Source: Antedon mediterranea
Lineage: Eukaryota; Animalia; Echinodermata
Direction: 5' to 3'
Assembly (NCBI RefSeq): GCF_964355755.1
Contig: NC_092675.1
Coordinates: 17,766,912 to 17,830,911, forward strand
DNA: 64,000 nt
Shown in pieces: positions 1 through 13,400 of the stretch. The translations under genes were made by a program, and so were the position numbers. Each line of letters begins with the position of its first letter. Position 1 is the first letter of the stretch. The notes under the pieces were generated by a model, which saw nothing but the letters and a program-made list of their open reading frames with translations, was not told the origin of the DNA and made no database searches.

Positions 1-141
1 TTTTATCCCGGAAAAGGCCGGTGGACAATCTTCATGTTAAATAAAATCCACATGAAAATAAAAAAACAAGTGAAGCAAGCACTTGCATTTAAGACAGCCA
101 TTTGGATATCTTAGTTATAAAGTAATAAAACTGCAATCTAC

Positions 142-3100
142 CCAGAATCTGTCCAACACAATTTGCGATGCATCCAATCAATGGCCAGTCCTTCTACAAC
201 TTCAATGTCTCTCTCTACAATAACCTGACGATCTGTACCATCAAGTTTTACTCTCTCTATTCTTTTCATTGATGTATCAGCAAAGAATATCGTATCATCT
301 CCCGGATTGTAGTCTAATGATAAGACATTGATATTGCTGTCGTTGATGATAGTTTTAAAATTGCGACCGTTGAAGTCAACACGGTGAATACTATTGGTGT
401 TAGAGTAGATGATGTACGGACTGGTCACTGTAGAGCTTGAAAATTCTGTATCACAACTCAAGTTTAATGTACAATTGTATCCAGCTGTAAAAATATTGTT
501 ATGGTTGATAAAAATTAAAGGTTACCTCTACCATATCTAAAAAGAAATCATGATGGTGGTTTGTTGGGTTACTCTAGCTTTTGGGGCAGGATTCCTGGAA
601 TGTACCATTGCCTGATAGATGTGTTCAATGAATTGTTATGTATTAGAATTGTAGTGCTCTTCTTGGAGAAACACAGGCCACTGTTGGTCTATCCAGGTAA
701 GCTAGGCATGAAATAGACGTGAAAATTATTGAAGATGAATTTTTTATACAATAACAACAAACCTAGAGGGTCTGAGAATGGTTGCTGAAGACGATGCATG
801 ACTTGCAAACAGACTGGATTGACCGTTATTTCAGTTACACTGAGATAAACATGGACACGTTGACCCGTGTACTTATCAGCACGTTGAATATGAGATGTAT
901 CGTGTTCTGTCCAAAATATCTGATCTGCAACAACTGCCAGGGAAATTGGCTCATTACTGTGAAAACATATAGTTTAATTTAAAGTATGAAAAAAAAGAAA
1001 CATGAAAAATGAAGATCAGTAAAATCATAATTTGAATAGGCCATTTTGCAATTTAAAAAAACTTATTCATTCATTCATAAACATTTATATCTATTAATGG
1101 TGCATAGAAAATAACAATAACAAATTAAATAAAGAAGAAATATACCATTAATTCACTTTCAATGTGACATAAAAATGGAATATTCAACAAAACAATTTTT
1201 TTCAGAGGGACAAAATATTTTTAAAAGTTAAAAAAAATATGAAATAATCACACATACTTTAAGCCATTTGCAACAGTTCGTCGACTTGAACCATCTAAAT
1301 TTGCTGATTCAATCTTCCGTGTTGTGTTGTCCATCCAGTACAATGTCTTATCCACTACATCAATAGCCATGCTAACTGGACGTAGGAGGTCACCCTCAAC
1401 TATGACCCTTGGGTTCGATCCATCAAGTGTAGCTGACTGGATACGTGGTTTATCACCCCATTCAATCCAATAGATGCTCCTAAAAATAATCATAAACTAA
1501 GAATAATAAAAGCAGAAGTGGTCATAACTTTTTATTCATATCTATAAAATGATTATGGAAATTACTATTCAGCAAAATGAAGATTGGCAGGCAAGAAGGG
1601 AACAAAACAAATGACAAAATGACAAGAACCGCTACAAAAAACATACAAAGATGTAGATGGAGAGTTGATGACCTCACAACATGTACACAGGAATTACAAG
1701 GACAGTAAAGAACAGCCAAGAACAGAAATGATTCTGAGTTCTAAAAGAAAGGATGAGGAAATCATGAAAGAATGGTGTCAGATATATTATAACATGCAGA
1801 TATTATGTATGGTGCCCTCTACAGTTGACAAACCTTAGGTGTCACTAATTCAACCTAGAGGCCATTAAAGGAACATCAGAGTAAGAATTAGGAAGGTCAA
1901 AGAGTAAGTTGTTATGTGAAGTAGTAGGTTATATAAACAAAGTTAATTCTTAGTGGAAATTGAAAATATCATTGGAAATGACAATGATGACAAGTGTATA
2001 ACATTGTAAAGCTTGTTTTAACAAGAGTTTATAAATGCCATCAGGTTGTCCTTAACCTAAATGACTTTTTGTTGTTGAGTATCATGGCTGGTGTGCCAAC
2101 AAAATCTGTAAGTGTCTGTAAAGTAAGCAACTAGAACATGCTGCTGGCACCAAAGAACCATGACACCATCAAATTTAGTAAAATGTTCATGAAAACAAAA
2201 GCATATCAATTTAACTGTGTGCAAAAGCACCACAAATTGTCACAGAATCCTTTGTTTATTATATAAAGGTACAGTTTCAAAGGGCCGGAGTGTACCCTGC
2301 AAATTTGCTTGGTCAAATCCATTCTCCACAACCTGACTAAATTCAGACGGAGAGAAAAATATTAAATAACAAATGATTAATGAGTTATACGACTTCAACA
2401 TGAAGGGAAACTTATGAAATTATAAGTACTGTAACTTCACTTTTATTAATTACAGTATAGTTGATACACTTTTAAAAAAAGGTCCCATTAGTTTCCAATA
2501 TGTTATTAATTAATAAGATTCAATTAATTAGAAAGTAATAAATTGATTTATTTGAAGGTTAAATGTTGTCAACTAATTCAAAATCTTTAAACAGGTAATG
2601 GTAGCCACAAGTTAGTTTGTTCTGTAAACATTCTTATATCTTAAGGCCCTGTTTCTGCTGCCAATCCCAAATATATCGTATAAATATACCGTATATGAAA
2701 TTCGTGCACCGTTTCCGCTGCACATACTTCGTGGGTGGGCTGTAAAAAAGTTGGCTTTCATTACCCAAAATGCATTTTGTGAAACGGAAGTATGGATTGA
2801 CCTAGAGTCTCATGTAGTGAGTTTTATACCTGACCGGGCCGGGTCACATACGGTATATTTTGAGTGCAGCAGAAACGGGGTACGAAATATACGGTATATT
2901 TTGGAATATACCGTATAATATCCACATCCCGTTTCTGCTGCCAAAAAATATACGGTATATAAAATATACCATATACGGTATATTTTTGGCAGCAGAAACG
3001 GGGCCTAAGAAACCAAGTATATTTATTTAGTTTTTTAAATTTTTTGCTTTTATTGTAAGTCAACAGAAATCATAAAAAAAACCAAAACAAAGAATTAGAA

Positions 3101-6100
3101 AGAATTTTAATATACCAATAATTGATTGAGGGTAAATACAAGTACCAAAGATATAGTACAATATTAATATGACTGACATTTCTATAGACAATCAAAGGAA
3201 AAAAATTAATAGATCACATCATGGACATGGTTGACAAACAAAAAGCAAAAGTTAACCTATATGATTAGGCATAATAGCACACTATCAGTCATCTACCAGT
3301 ACCAGTACATTGTATAACATTGTTATGATTTTGAGGGTCTCTGTAGTAATGAAATACAACATTCTTTTTTACTTATCAATAGAGAAACTGACTTTTTTTA
3401 AACTACGAGAAACAATACGGCACCAATACAATCATAATATTGACTTATTTTGGGTTTTACAATTTTTGAATGGTGCAGTATAGGTGTGCAAGCCCAAGGG
3501 AATGTTTAAGATGAAGACAAATAGGTTTTTAACAGGTCATGCAAAGGTTAAAAGGAGTTTAATTTTGTGGATAAGGAGTGGAAAATTTGGAGGTATAATC
3601 ATACCTCCATGCTCTGATAATTTACCTTAGGTCCTACCCAAATCATTGTTAAAGAATCGATGATTATTTCTAGATGTCCAGAAACGTAAAAGGTTATTCC
3701 TAATTTTATACTAATTACATATAATTATGACAGACACATGTCAGCCTAAAGATTATATTTACAAAGAATGTTGTTCTACTGTGGATATACTACAGTCAAC
3801 TCATTAAATAATAAAGATTCCTAAATGCTTGGGGCAAGGAGAAATGACATCACTGGAAAATGTGATAATTGCAGTACCAGTATACAGTAGAACAAGTCAA
3901 TTGTTAGTAGCCTAAATCAGGGATGTATAAAAATATACCTCTCTGCCTAAATCATAGATGCCTAAATCATTGTATTTTGTAAAATTCAATTTGTACACTA
4001 TTGTACCAAATACATTTAAAAAGATGATCTTTAGATTATTTCATTTCAATATTTTTTTTAAAGGTAAACATTTATATATATAGTTTTTGTGTTTTGGTTT
4101 AGCATCAAAATTGTGTATTTTCTTTTTCTTTTATACTTTTAAAGTATTGTTTAACTTACTTTTCAACTACGTAAAGTATAGTAATCTATATCATATTTTC
4201 TTGTATACACTTAATTTAAAACGATACTGATCTTTTTTAATAACAAAAATGTTAGTTTCATACTCCATCATTCAAAATTTAAAGCTTGACAGAAAAACCT
4301 ATTTCAGTCTTAAGCTCTGTCTACAATGAAAAGACAATGAATTAACAGCACTGTTTTCTGAATGTACCTTTAGTATGTTCTTACACGACATAGCTTAAAA
4401 ATACTAAACCGAAAACACAGATTTACAAAAAAAATTGGGGAAAGGGGAGAAAAGTTCACTGAAAGTTTGAATTTACAGTGAAACTGTCATTTGAATTTGA
4501 AGATCGATTGCAGAAAAAATAAATCATCTTATGAATAAATGTACTTGGCTTATGAAATAAATAATAATTTAATGTTTATCAAGTATTACTTCCACAAACT
4601 CTTGTTGAAGTCAACAAGTTCTAAATTGTTTTGACACTGATGGATGGGAACGAAAACACAAGGGTGTAACAATAGAAACAGCAATGTAACGCAAGACTTG
4701 CTAAACCTAATTGTGTTGACTGTAGTTACATAAAATAGCAATACACACTACCTTGATTTATGTTGACTGTAAAGACACTAACAGAAACTTTATTCACTTG
4801 ATACCAAGTAGTCATGCATTATGAATAGGATGACCTCAAACGCAAGTCAAGCTTGCACTACACTGAGTACAGAAACCTATTGTATATATTGGTATATTCT
4901 TCGGCTGCCTGTCTGTCACATTTTAAGGGTTTATGCCACCCAGCAATAAAGGCATTGTCAACTTTAGTATATTTCTTATCCATTTAATATCACAAATTTC
5001 TATATTCCTTATTATACCGGAGGACGACGATCAAAGTATATTGATCGAGACATTGAGAAACTCAACGGTTCTTTTCGGAACTAGTGTATATATGTGGTGT
5101 ACCGCAAACACTATATCAACTTAATAATATTAATGCATTAATTATATGAAATAAAATGAATACAGTCAACTCTCCCAATATCGGACTCTCTGAAAACCAG
5201 AAACTCTCCCAATACCAGACTTTTTTTGAGGACCAAAAGGTCCCAAATTTATATTTACCATTAAAAACACATTCCGAATACCAAACTTTCCGGAAAACCA
5301 GACTTATTTGGCCGGCCTAAAGGTGTCCGGTATTGGGAGAGTTGACTGTATTAAATACTACAGCTTGGTTCTCATTTGGATACAACGTAATGGCGTAGAC
5401 TCAACATAAGTGAGTTAACCAATCAGCTTACAGTGGGCTCACGTCCTGGTCTTGAGAACCAAGCTTTAGAAATTGTTATTACATATAGGGTGATGAAAAA
5501 CACTTTTCATGTGAGATTTGAAGCTGTTTTTACCATTTGATTGCGAAAGAAAGTGAACTATTTAAAAACGTCATGGAAGAATCCATTATCTCTTGGTGGC
5601 GACCACACAGTGAAGTATAAAAATGTCATGGAAGAATCCATTATCTCTTGGTGGCGACCACACAGTGAACTATTTAAAAATGTCATGGAAGAATCCATTA
5701 TCTCTTGGTGGCGACCACACAGTGAACTATTTAAAAATGTCATGGAAGAATCCATTATCTCTTGGTGTATATCATTTAATGAATGCAGTGAACGCTATCA
5801 AAATGTAGAAGAATTAATTACCTCTCGGTGTATCATTGAAGAAATTCCTTCTTATAATTTTATGTATGGTCTACCAGTATGTAAATAAACTCAAATTCAT
5901 CCAATCAGAACGATTATGCTGACACAAGCATAACAATACACGTTGGATCCCTGGCTCAGCTTGGTCCATTCAATTTAAATGAACAAATAATTGGAGAAAA
6001 AATTTAAAAACTCACCCTTTCAATGGTTCAACTACAATGTCCAATGGAGAGTAGGGACCAGTAGAAACCAATATCTGACTGTTGGTTCCATCCAAATCAA

Positions 6101-9100
6101 TTCTCTCAATAATACCTCTATCAAACACAGTCCAATACAACCATTTATTAATCCAGTCTATAGCTATGCTTCCAAGTTGACCTTTGGGTTTACATAAAAC
6201 CTATAAAAAAAGTTTAAAAAAAACAAAAAATAAAACTTTAATAACTGTATGTATTATATAACAACGTTATTGTTAGGAATACCGTAGGTATAGTAGACAG
6301 GGTCCAGCAAATGTCAGTCAATAAAGAAGAAATCATTGCAGATGTTCTGATGTGGCAACCAAAATATGGGCTTGCAAAACTAGGAAGACCAGCACTCACA
6401 TACATTGATGTACAAGAGACGGATACTGGTATGCAGAGAGATGAACTAGCTGTCACAATGGCAGATAGAAAAATTATGGAGGAATCTAGTCATATAAGTT
6501 ACAGTATGTCCGGACGAAGTAAGTAAGGTATATTGATTAAAGTAAATTAAATTTCAAAAAGAAATAAAAAAAACTTTTAAGGCCAGCAAAAAAATAAGCT
6601 CAACTGGGCAAAACATGTACTGTGTTACTAGGCCTAGTATCCAAAATAAACTAGTTTCCTGTAGCATACACAACTTATGCATTGCAAGTGATATAGTAGT
6701 AGCAATGCCAAAACAGAATTCTGGATTGGGTAGTAGAAATGTTTCAATAAATTATGATCAATAATCAGATTCTGTTGTTCAGATTGGATACCAGGGTCAG
6801 TTTCTTTGAAATTATGTTGCTACTGTAGGGTAACTTATTTTAGCGTAATACAATTTTTAATCGTAGTGCAAATGACAAAAGAGCAAAATAAAAAATATAG
6901 TAAGTAAGTAATATTCAAAACTCGTAAGAAAGAAATTGATTAAAATCTCCAAAGTAATCAGATCCATTAAACTTATTCAAGTTATCACAATTCGTTCAGT
7001 ATAATAAATAATAAGAAATCATATTTTAAAATGTTTTTCTCAACTGTATTTCCTAAGTTTAAGCGAGCGCACAGGTATCATTTGTTTTACCAAAATAGTA
7101 AGCTGACTGTCTTGAAAATGTCTAGGTGTTATCAATGCATCAGGTTAAGAGTAAGGGATTATATAACTATCTGATTGCTTAACTTTTAAGTAAGCCCCAC
7201 AGCCTTGGTTTATATCAAGGGATAACTTCCAGTATGCAACTGCCATTAAAAGTGCTTGAGGCTTGAATCTTGATAAAAGGAATGTCACAAAACTATCACC
7301 ATTATAAGCCATTATAAAATGATTTAATTTGTGGGGTACGGTTAAAAAACAAATTTCATTGAAGTCATTACAGTTTACAAAATCACCCTTCTTACAAACT
7401 ATTTATTTCATTTATATATTTTACACATGGGGGACACTACTATGAAAAAAAAATTATTTATTGATGTTTTTCAACATCATGAATGGATAAAATGCAGTAT
7501 TTACAGATGAGATGAGGTAGTCCAAACAACCCTAAATTAAGGCCGAAAATCTTTATCTGTTGCTACTTGATGCTGCAAAAGTACACTGTCAGACAAAAGT
7601 GTTTAATCAGCTTCTAAAGTACTCATCCGATTTTACTAAAACTGAAGAAGTTCAACAAGTGCCAAATACATTTGAATTCACCTTTGCTTTACTAAATCAA
7701 AAGACTGATCATCAAGTAAATAAATCGAAAAGCAATAGATACCTGATGTTCTTAGTAAGTAAAATGAGGAACATGGGATTCAAAAAGGCTGGTGACACTC
7801 AAGTGAATATGGAGATTGAATGTCAATCTCGGGTCATATTTAAATTGCATTCTCTCTACTGTCAATTGTTCCCATTGATTTATATACTTTGTATTGTTCA
7901 GCTCAGCTTAACTACTTATTTGTATAAATAGTTCAATTCTAGATATGTTTGTTAAATTTGTCAAGTGTTTAATTGTAAAAGCAAGACAGACAATAACGTT
8001 TTAATAGCCTAATATTTATGACTTGAACCGACAGGTGTCTCAAGTACCTAAAAGTATGCAAACCAAATATACGGGAAATAGAGAATTATTTATACTTAAT
8101 ATCAAGCCATATATCGGAATATTGGTTAAATTATAATAGAACTAAGGCCATGGTAGGAATTAACACCTGTGTGGTATGAGTAACAAAAACAAACTGTTTA
8201 CCTAGCTGCACCAGTCATCGAAAATCATTTTTTTTATCAGCCCCTTACTATCGATACAATTGGCCTGATTTTGTTTATTCTTTTTCTTTTCCAAAACCAA
8301 TGTTTTACTGTAAGAGCTTATGTCATGCTGTTTAATGACATTATACGTTTACTGCATGTCCAGTAAATATGGAATATTGGTTTGAATGTTGCCTACCCAG
8401 GGGTAGTAGTACTAGGGGTAGTTGTACTACACGGTAATTGTCCTAGGGAGTAGTTTTCCTAGGGAGTAGTTGTTCTAGCGGGTAGTTGTCCTAGCAGGGT
8501 AATTGTCTAGGTGGTAATTGTCCGGGTGGTAGTTGTCCTAGGCCCGTGGATACAGCACTGAGAATTGGGTATCGTGTGTGTGATATTATGGTTAACCACT
8601 AGTTTCTCCATGTCAATCTTTTTTGCCCCATTCAATTCTGCTCTTTTGCTCAAACGTAGTTTTTAGGTGAGTTGCGTTGCTTTCAGTTCCCTCTCAAAAA
8701 GCCCATTTTCAGATGTACATGATATGTTAATAAGAACAGAACTTGATTCTTTACCTTAAAGTGTGATCCATTCACATAGCTTGTATAAATGGCGTTACTA
8801 TCAACCCAATAAGCTTTATGATTGGTTATGTCATAATCACATGATCTGATGTTTCCACTACTTTCAGCGAATTTCATAAACCGAGAGCCAGTATCCAGCA
8901 TGGTAGCGATGTAGTTTTCATAGCTGAGAAGAAATACTGGCTGTGGGTCTATAGAAATATAAACAATATAGTATGTATTTAAATACAATTTGAAATACTG
9001 GCTGTGGGTCTATAGAAATATAAACAATATAGTATGTATTTAAATACAATTTGAATTGTATTTATTGGATTGGATTGGACTAAAGATATATTATTATAAG

Positions 9101-9641
9101 ACACAACAAATAATCTTTAAACCTTCTATTAAACATGCCCATTGGTCCGATGCTAAACTGTAGCCTGGTAAACAGGAACAGAAGAAAGAGCCTGGCGTGT
9201 TGGTACATAGCTGTCCACACTGCTGCTTGCCACCTTCCTCACACTCATTAATATCTAAAAATTAAAATCAATAAAAAAAAGATAGTGAGATCTTGAAATC
9301 TTGTACTCTATATCCATGGCTAAGCTCTGTCTACACTATCAAACTTTATGCGACAGAAATGTCATGTGCCCATATATGGACATGATGATGTCATATTACT
9401 ACCATATTTGGGCATATCACACTTTTTTTGTCAAACTAGTTTGATAGTGCTTGCCTTCAAACTCTATCTCACCATTAAATTAAGTTATATGTTCTTTTTT
9501 AAAATTAACACACGATTTTAATGTTTTGTTCATGAAAAATAAACAATTTACCTTTGCACACTCCATTCTGCCGTTTTCTTCCAATGGAACAAGAATCCCC
9601 AACTTGACTCAGAGACGACTTGATTTGACATAAGAAAATTC
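142..9641 (-). CDS. EGF: Pro-epidermal growth factor-like protein (Ca-binding EGF plus YWTD beta-propellers). Partial: the 3' part lies beyond the left edge and the first coding exon is uncertain.
   Basis: Phase-consistent GT-AG exons: 9641-9552, 9254-9123 ([32 protein letters not shown], cbEGF), 8948-8755, 6200-6016, 1479-1258, 956-763, 484-142. LDLR class B repeats YWVD, YWTV, YWIE, YWMD, FWTE, CWTD. Intron positions (NGSHFK|VLC, EPLKG|SIYW, WTDSG|) resemble vertebrate pro-EGF as I recall it. An LRP-family identity is not excluded. Candidate first exons lie near 9964-9984 or 10680-10711. Confidence 0.75.
2645..3005. mobile_element. PIF/Harbinger-like MITE
   Basis: TIR GGCCC(T/C)GTTTCTGCTGCCAA at both ends, TAA on both flanks, internal ATATACCGTATAT sub-repeats. 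A tiny derivative with the same TIR core lies at about 19902-19963. Confidence 0.8.
5010..5125 (+). repeat. Penelope-like terminal repeat relic with degenerate hammerhead-like core (copy 1)
   Basis: Homologous to 52000-52105 (minus). Hairpin CGATCAA-AGTATA-TTGATCG flanked by mutated CTGAnGA and GAAA boxes. Confidence 0.5.
5163..5348. mobile_element. Tc1/mariner (pogo/Tigger-like) MITE
   Basis: TIR CAGTCAACTCTCCCAATA(T/C)CGGAC with TA on both flanks. Degraded relatives at about 28160-28300 and 35310-35372. Confidence 0.85.
5552..5768. repeat. Minisatellite, about 57-bp unit, about 3.8 copies (intronic)
   Basis: Unit AGTGAACTATTTAAAAATGTCATGGAAGAATCCATTATCTCTTGGTGGCGACCACAC starts at 5552, 5609, 5664 and 5721. 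Confidence 0.95.
8398..8543. repeat. Degenerate tandem repeat, about 16-17 bp (GGGTAGTTGTCCTAG)
   Basis: About 9 imperfect copies. Resembles transposon subterminal repeats. Confidence 0.8.
8931..9055. repeat. 61-bp tandem duplication spanning a splice acceptor of the EGF-like gene
   Basis: GAAATACTGGCTGTGGGTCTATAGAAATATAAACAATATAGTATGTATTTAAATACAATTT occurs at 8931 and again at 8992. Confidence 0.95.
9323..9449. mobile_element. Short palindromic MITE (AGCTCTGTCTACAC family), right end truncated
   Basis: Same family as 34773-34864, 53307-53458 and 57248-57359. Confidence 0.75.
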
Positions 9642-10287
9642 CTGATGGAACAATATAGAAAAATAAGTTTTGTTATTATAAAATGTCAACTTAACAATTA
9701 CATCGGAAAGGAGCAAAAATTAAGTATCTAGTCAGATTTATATTAAGTGTAGTTGAAGTGGTAGATATATTTTTTTTAATGTTTTTGTTGAATACCGTTT
9801 AATTAACTTTATTAAAACTGCGAAATGGCCTATCCAAAGTCATTTTTCATGGTTTTAGCCTTAGGGGACAATACATCTTTAACAATTACATCGAACAGGA
9901 GCAAAAGTGAAATTATTTAGTCACTGGTAGGATAGGCAAAATTGGCACTCTCCTCGTCTGACCCAGCAAGGAAATGTTTTTCATATCATTTGGTTTGTAT
10001 TACAGTATCATATAACGTAAATGTCTTATTTTTATAAGGCATTTTTTACTTTATTTTATAACATGATTTGGTCAAATCAACATGAATTTGTGCCTAATCT
10101 ATTATATTCACAAGCTAGGTAGTAGTGTAGAGTAGGCCTAGTAGTGTAGTGGTCTCCTATTTTTCAAAATTTCTCTGGATCCATCTTATCATCAGGCATT
10201 CAGCATGGGTTGAGCTTTAAACTGTTGCATGTTCTCATGCCCACCAGCCAGGCAGGCCCCAAAAACTACCCACTGTGAGGCCACTCA

Positions 10288-10490
10288 CTAGCTAGGCCTA
10301 GTTAGGCTAACTAGGCCTAATGCCTAATTATCTAGATAGAGGGCCTACTCTAGTCTATAAACTAGGCCTACCTAGTATAGTAGGCTACTACTAGGGCCTA
10401 GGCCTAGTACTATTAGTAGGCCTAGCCTAGTAGGCAGAGAAGAGATGTAGCCTAGGGCCTACCTAGAGGCCTAACCTAGGCCTAGCTTAA
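10288..10490. repeat. TAGGCCTA/CTAG-rich low-complexity tract near the 5' end of the EGF-like gene
   Basis: Dense run of imperfect TAGGCCTA palindromes. Confidence 0.85.
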
Positions 10491-13400
10491 GAAGTAATAG
10501 AAATGCTGCCTTAGCAGCCTTACTCTAAACAAAAACCTAATCGGCAAAACAGTCTAATTAAATCTACATATTTAAGAGTGCCTGGACCACTATAGTGACA
10601 TAACCTAGGCCCAGGGCCTATTGATACAAATGAAGATCGGAAACAAAAACTGCACACCACACACACAACACACACACCACCCACCGCCATCCAACGTGAC
10701 CTCATCATCATTTGTACTTGTACTTCCGGATTTCACTGCAATGATGGCTGCTTGTGAAACTTTTGACCAATCAAATACGTTTACACGCCGGGTTGTTTGG
10801 TGGTGGGTTATATCTAAAGCAAACGCGCATAGCAGTAAACTGTCAGAATACGTCGTACAGTATTCTGTATCCATTTTAAAGTAGACCTTCCATAACTATA
10901 AAAATACGCATTTAAAAAGTCACCGAGGTTAATGATCTTTGAATGGAAAGTGTCAGTCAAACGTAAATATAATAATACGCTAATTTAAATCCCCAGTTGT
11001 TTGTATAATTTTTTATCCAAGAACCTTAGTGAAACCACAAGAAGAAACATATTGTAAAGTTAACACCTTCGCGCTGGTCCCCATTCTTAACAGTATTTAC
11101 CATGTATATTGTTAAATTTAGCCGATGGCGACGTCATAGGCTGATAAATTGTTATTTTGTTGGTGACTTTGTCTACTGCAAAGAATGAGACAACAGGGTT
11201 AAACGTTTAAAGAAACATGCTTTACTGTATGTATGCATATCGACTTCCACTTGAGAATAATGGTGATATATTTCTCTTTTCTCAAATGTTACATCATTAT
11301 ACGATACCGTACACTAAATAGGAGGTCACTACCATTCATTATATATGACTTAACTAAACAGTCCAAACACGTGTTTTAAAACAATAGAACACTGCTTAGG
11401 TATCGACATATGAGAAGAGATAATAGCACATTGTAAAAATCTGTCTTCCTTAATTGTTTTCATCTCATTTATTTTGGCAGCTATTATTAATATTATCCAG
11501 TAAAAACTTGGTACATAGGCCTACTTCATTGATTAAAGTATTTTAAGATATCTATACAACTTAAATTAAATTACAAATCTCCTGTTTTGCTTCTTAACCT
11601 TTTGCCTCTACACTATCGTACGGTGCCAACGAGCGGGTGCTGAAAGCTCAATTATTTCATACTTTAAACAAAACATTTCTCTAAAATTTATTGGGATGTT
11701 TTGATCTTAAGAAATGGTGATAGTAATCTAAACAAAATGTCTGATAATTCATTTCCATACAGTTTTAAGAACTTTTTTTGCTTATTTTACAGGATCTAAC
11801 CTCTGACCCTATCATCCAATAGATTATGTTTAACTTTATAAACATAATAGTTGCATAAATAAACATCACTGAGCAAAGTATTCACATGGAGCATTTAATT
11901 TAAACGTAAAATTAAATGTTTATCTTTAATAAATGCTCCATATTGTTAGTGCGAACTCCAATCTAGTTGAATAGGTTTTATCGGTATACTTGTTAAAACA
12001 TACCTTCTGCCAAGGTTGTAGGCCTACCACAACATTTTATTGGATTGTTATAATAACACTTTAATACATTATTCACAGGTGGACGGACGCGTTCTTGCTT
12101 TTGGTCTATCTGTTACCTGTTTTAACACACCCTTGATGTTGCTACCCCGCATACCTTATGACGTAATACATACAAATTACTTAAATTAATTTTAGCCAAT
12201 TCTGTTGTCAACACCATAGTTGCACTCAGTGAACCATATCATAAATATCAAATCATCACCACCATTTTTTTTACATCATCACCACTTTGTCGTCGCCATC
12301 GTCCATCATCGACATAACCAAAACATCATCGTCAGGTTTGCGTCACCGTGTAGGCCTTTGTGATCGTTAAGCCTCTTTTCCACTTGGACGCAACGCAAGG
12401 ACGTAAGACCTCGTAAGTAATTTGACCAATCACGATGCGATGTGTCATCCGAACTTGCGTTGTGTGTGAGCCAAGCTTTATACTAATTTCCACCATCTTT
12501 ATCATTGGAATATATTCAATTGCTCCCTCACTAAAGAAAATAAAGAGGTGTCATTGAACCTTTTTTTTTAAGCTTGTACAAGTTTACTATGTAGGTCTTT
12601 CATCCCGACTGACTGTGTAATGTTTACTTTAAATCACTTTGTAAACGGTCCCCTAAAGGCAAAACACAGTATGGCAATAGTCTGGAGAAATATATCGTTA
12701 TCTAACAGTGTCGCAATATAGGGATATGCAAACAAAATAGCTCATAAAACAATTTGTTGGAATTTTTATTTTATTTGTTTGTCTCCATGGATTGCTATAA
12801 TGTGTCCATTGCTAGACCCTTAGACACAGAGATACTCTAAATCATAAGACCGTGAGATAAAGTTGGCAAATAACATAGCAGGCTTATCAACATAATTAGT
12901 AACAAACTTAGGTACATAGTAACCTCCAAACTGTAGTACTGTATACAGCATAGAAGTAATTAATGCCATGGGGATACACGTGTAATTAACTCACCGACGA
13001 TTTATTTTTAAACATAAAGTTGCCAAAACTTATATGTAGATCTACAGAATATTACAAGTCGCCATTTTGGTACTTTATTGAAATGCTTGAGAACCCCTGA
13101 ATCTCTCCAAGAAATTACAGACCGAGAATGTTCAGACTCTTAAGAAATATCATGTAAACATGAAAAAAAATTCACTTATCCACTCATTCGACAAACATAA
13201 TTATAACATAAAATGGTTAATGTCACGCTGTAGATTTAGTCTAATAATAAAAATGTAGAGTGTTGCTTTCTGAAACCAACCCTTGTGACTTGGAACCAAG
13301 AATAAAAACCACTTGTCTGAATCGCAACGTGTATTTCAATAATCCATGACGGTTGACTACAAACAATCCTCAAAAGACAGAAGACATTAAACTTTGTTTT

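Noticed and set aside
5541-5888. Repetitive ORFs and CRISPR-like periodicity
   Set aside because: Head-to-tail 57-bp minisatellite with no unique spacers, located in a eukaryotic intron. The ORFs are by-products of the repeat.
7560-7931. 123-aa plus-strand ORF inside an EGF-like intron
   Set aside because: Non-ATG start, no recognisable domain, no supporting exons.
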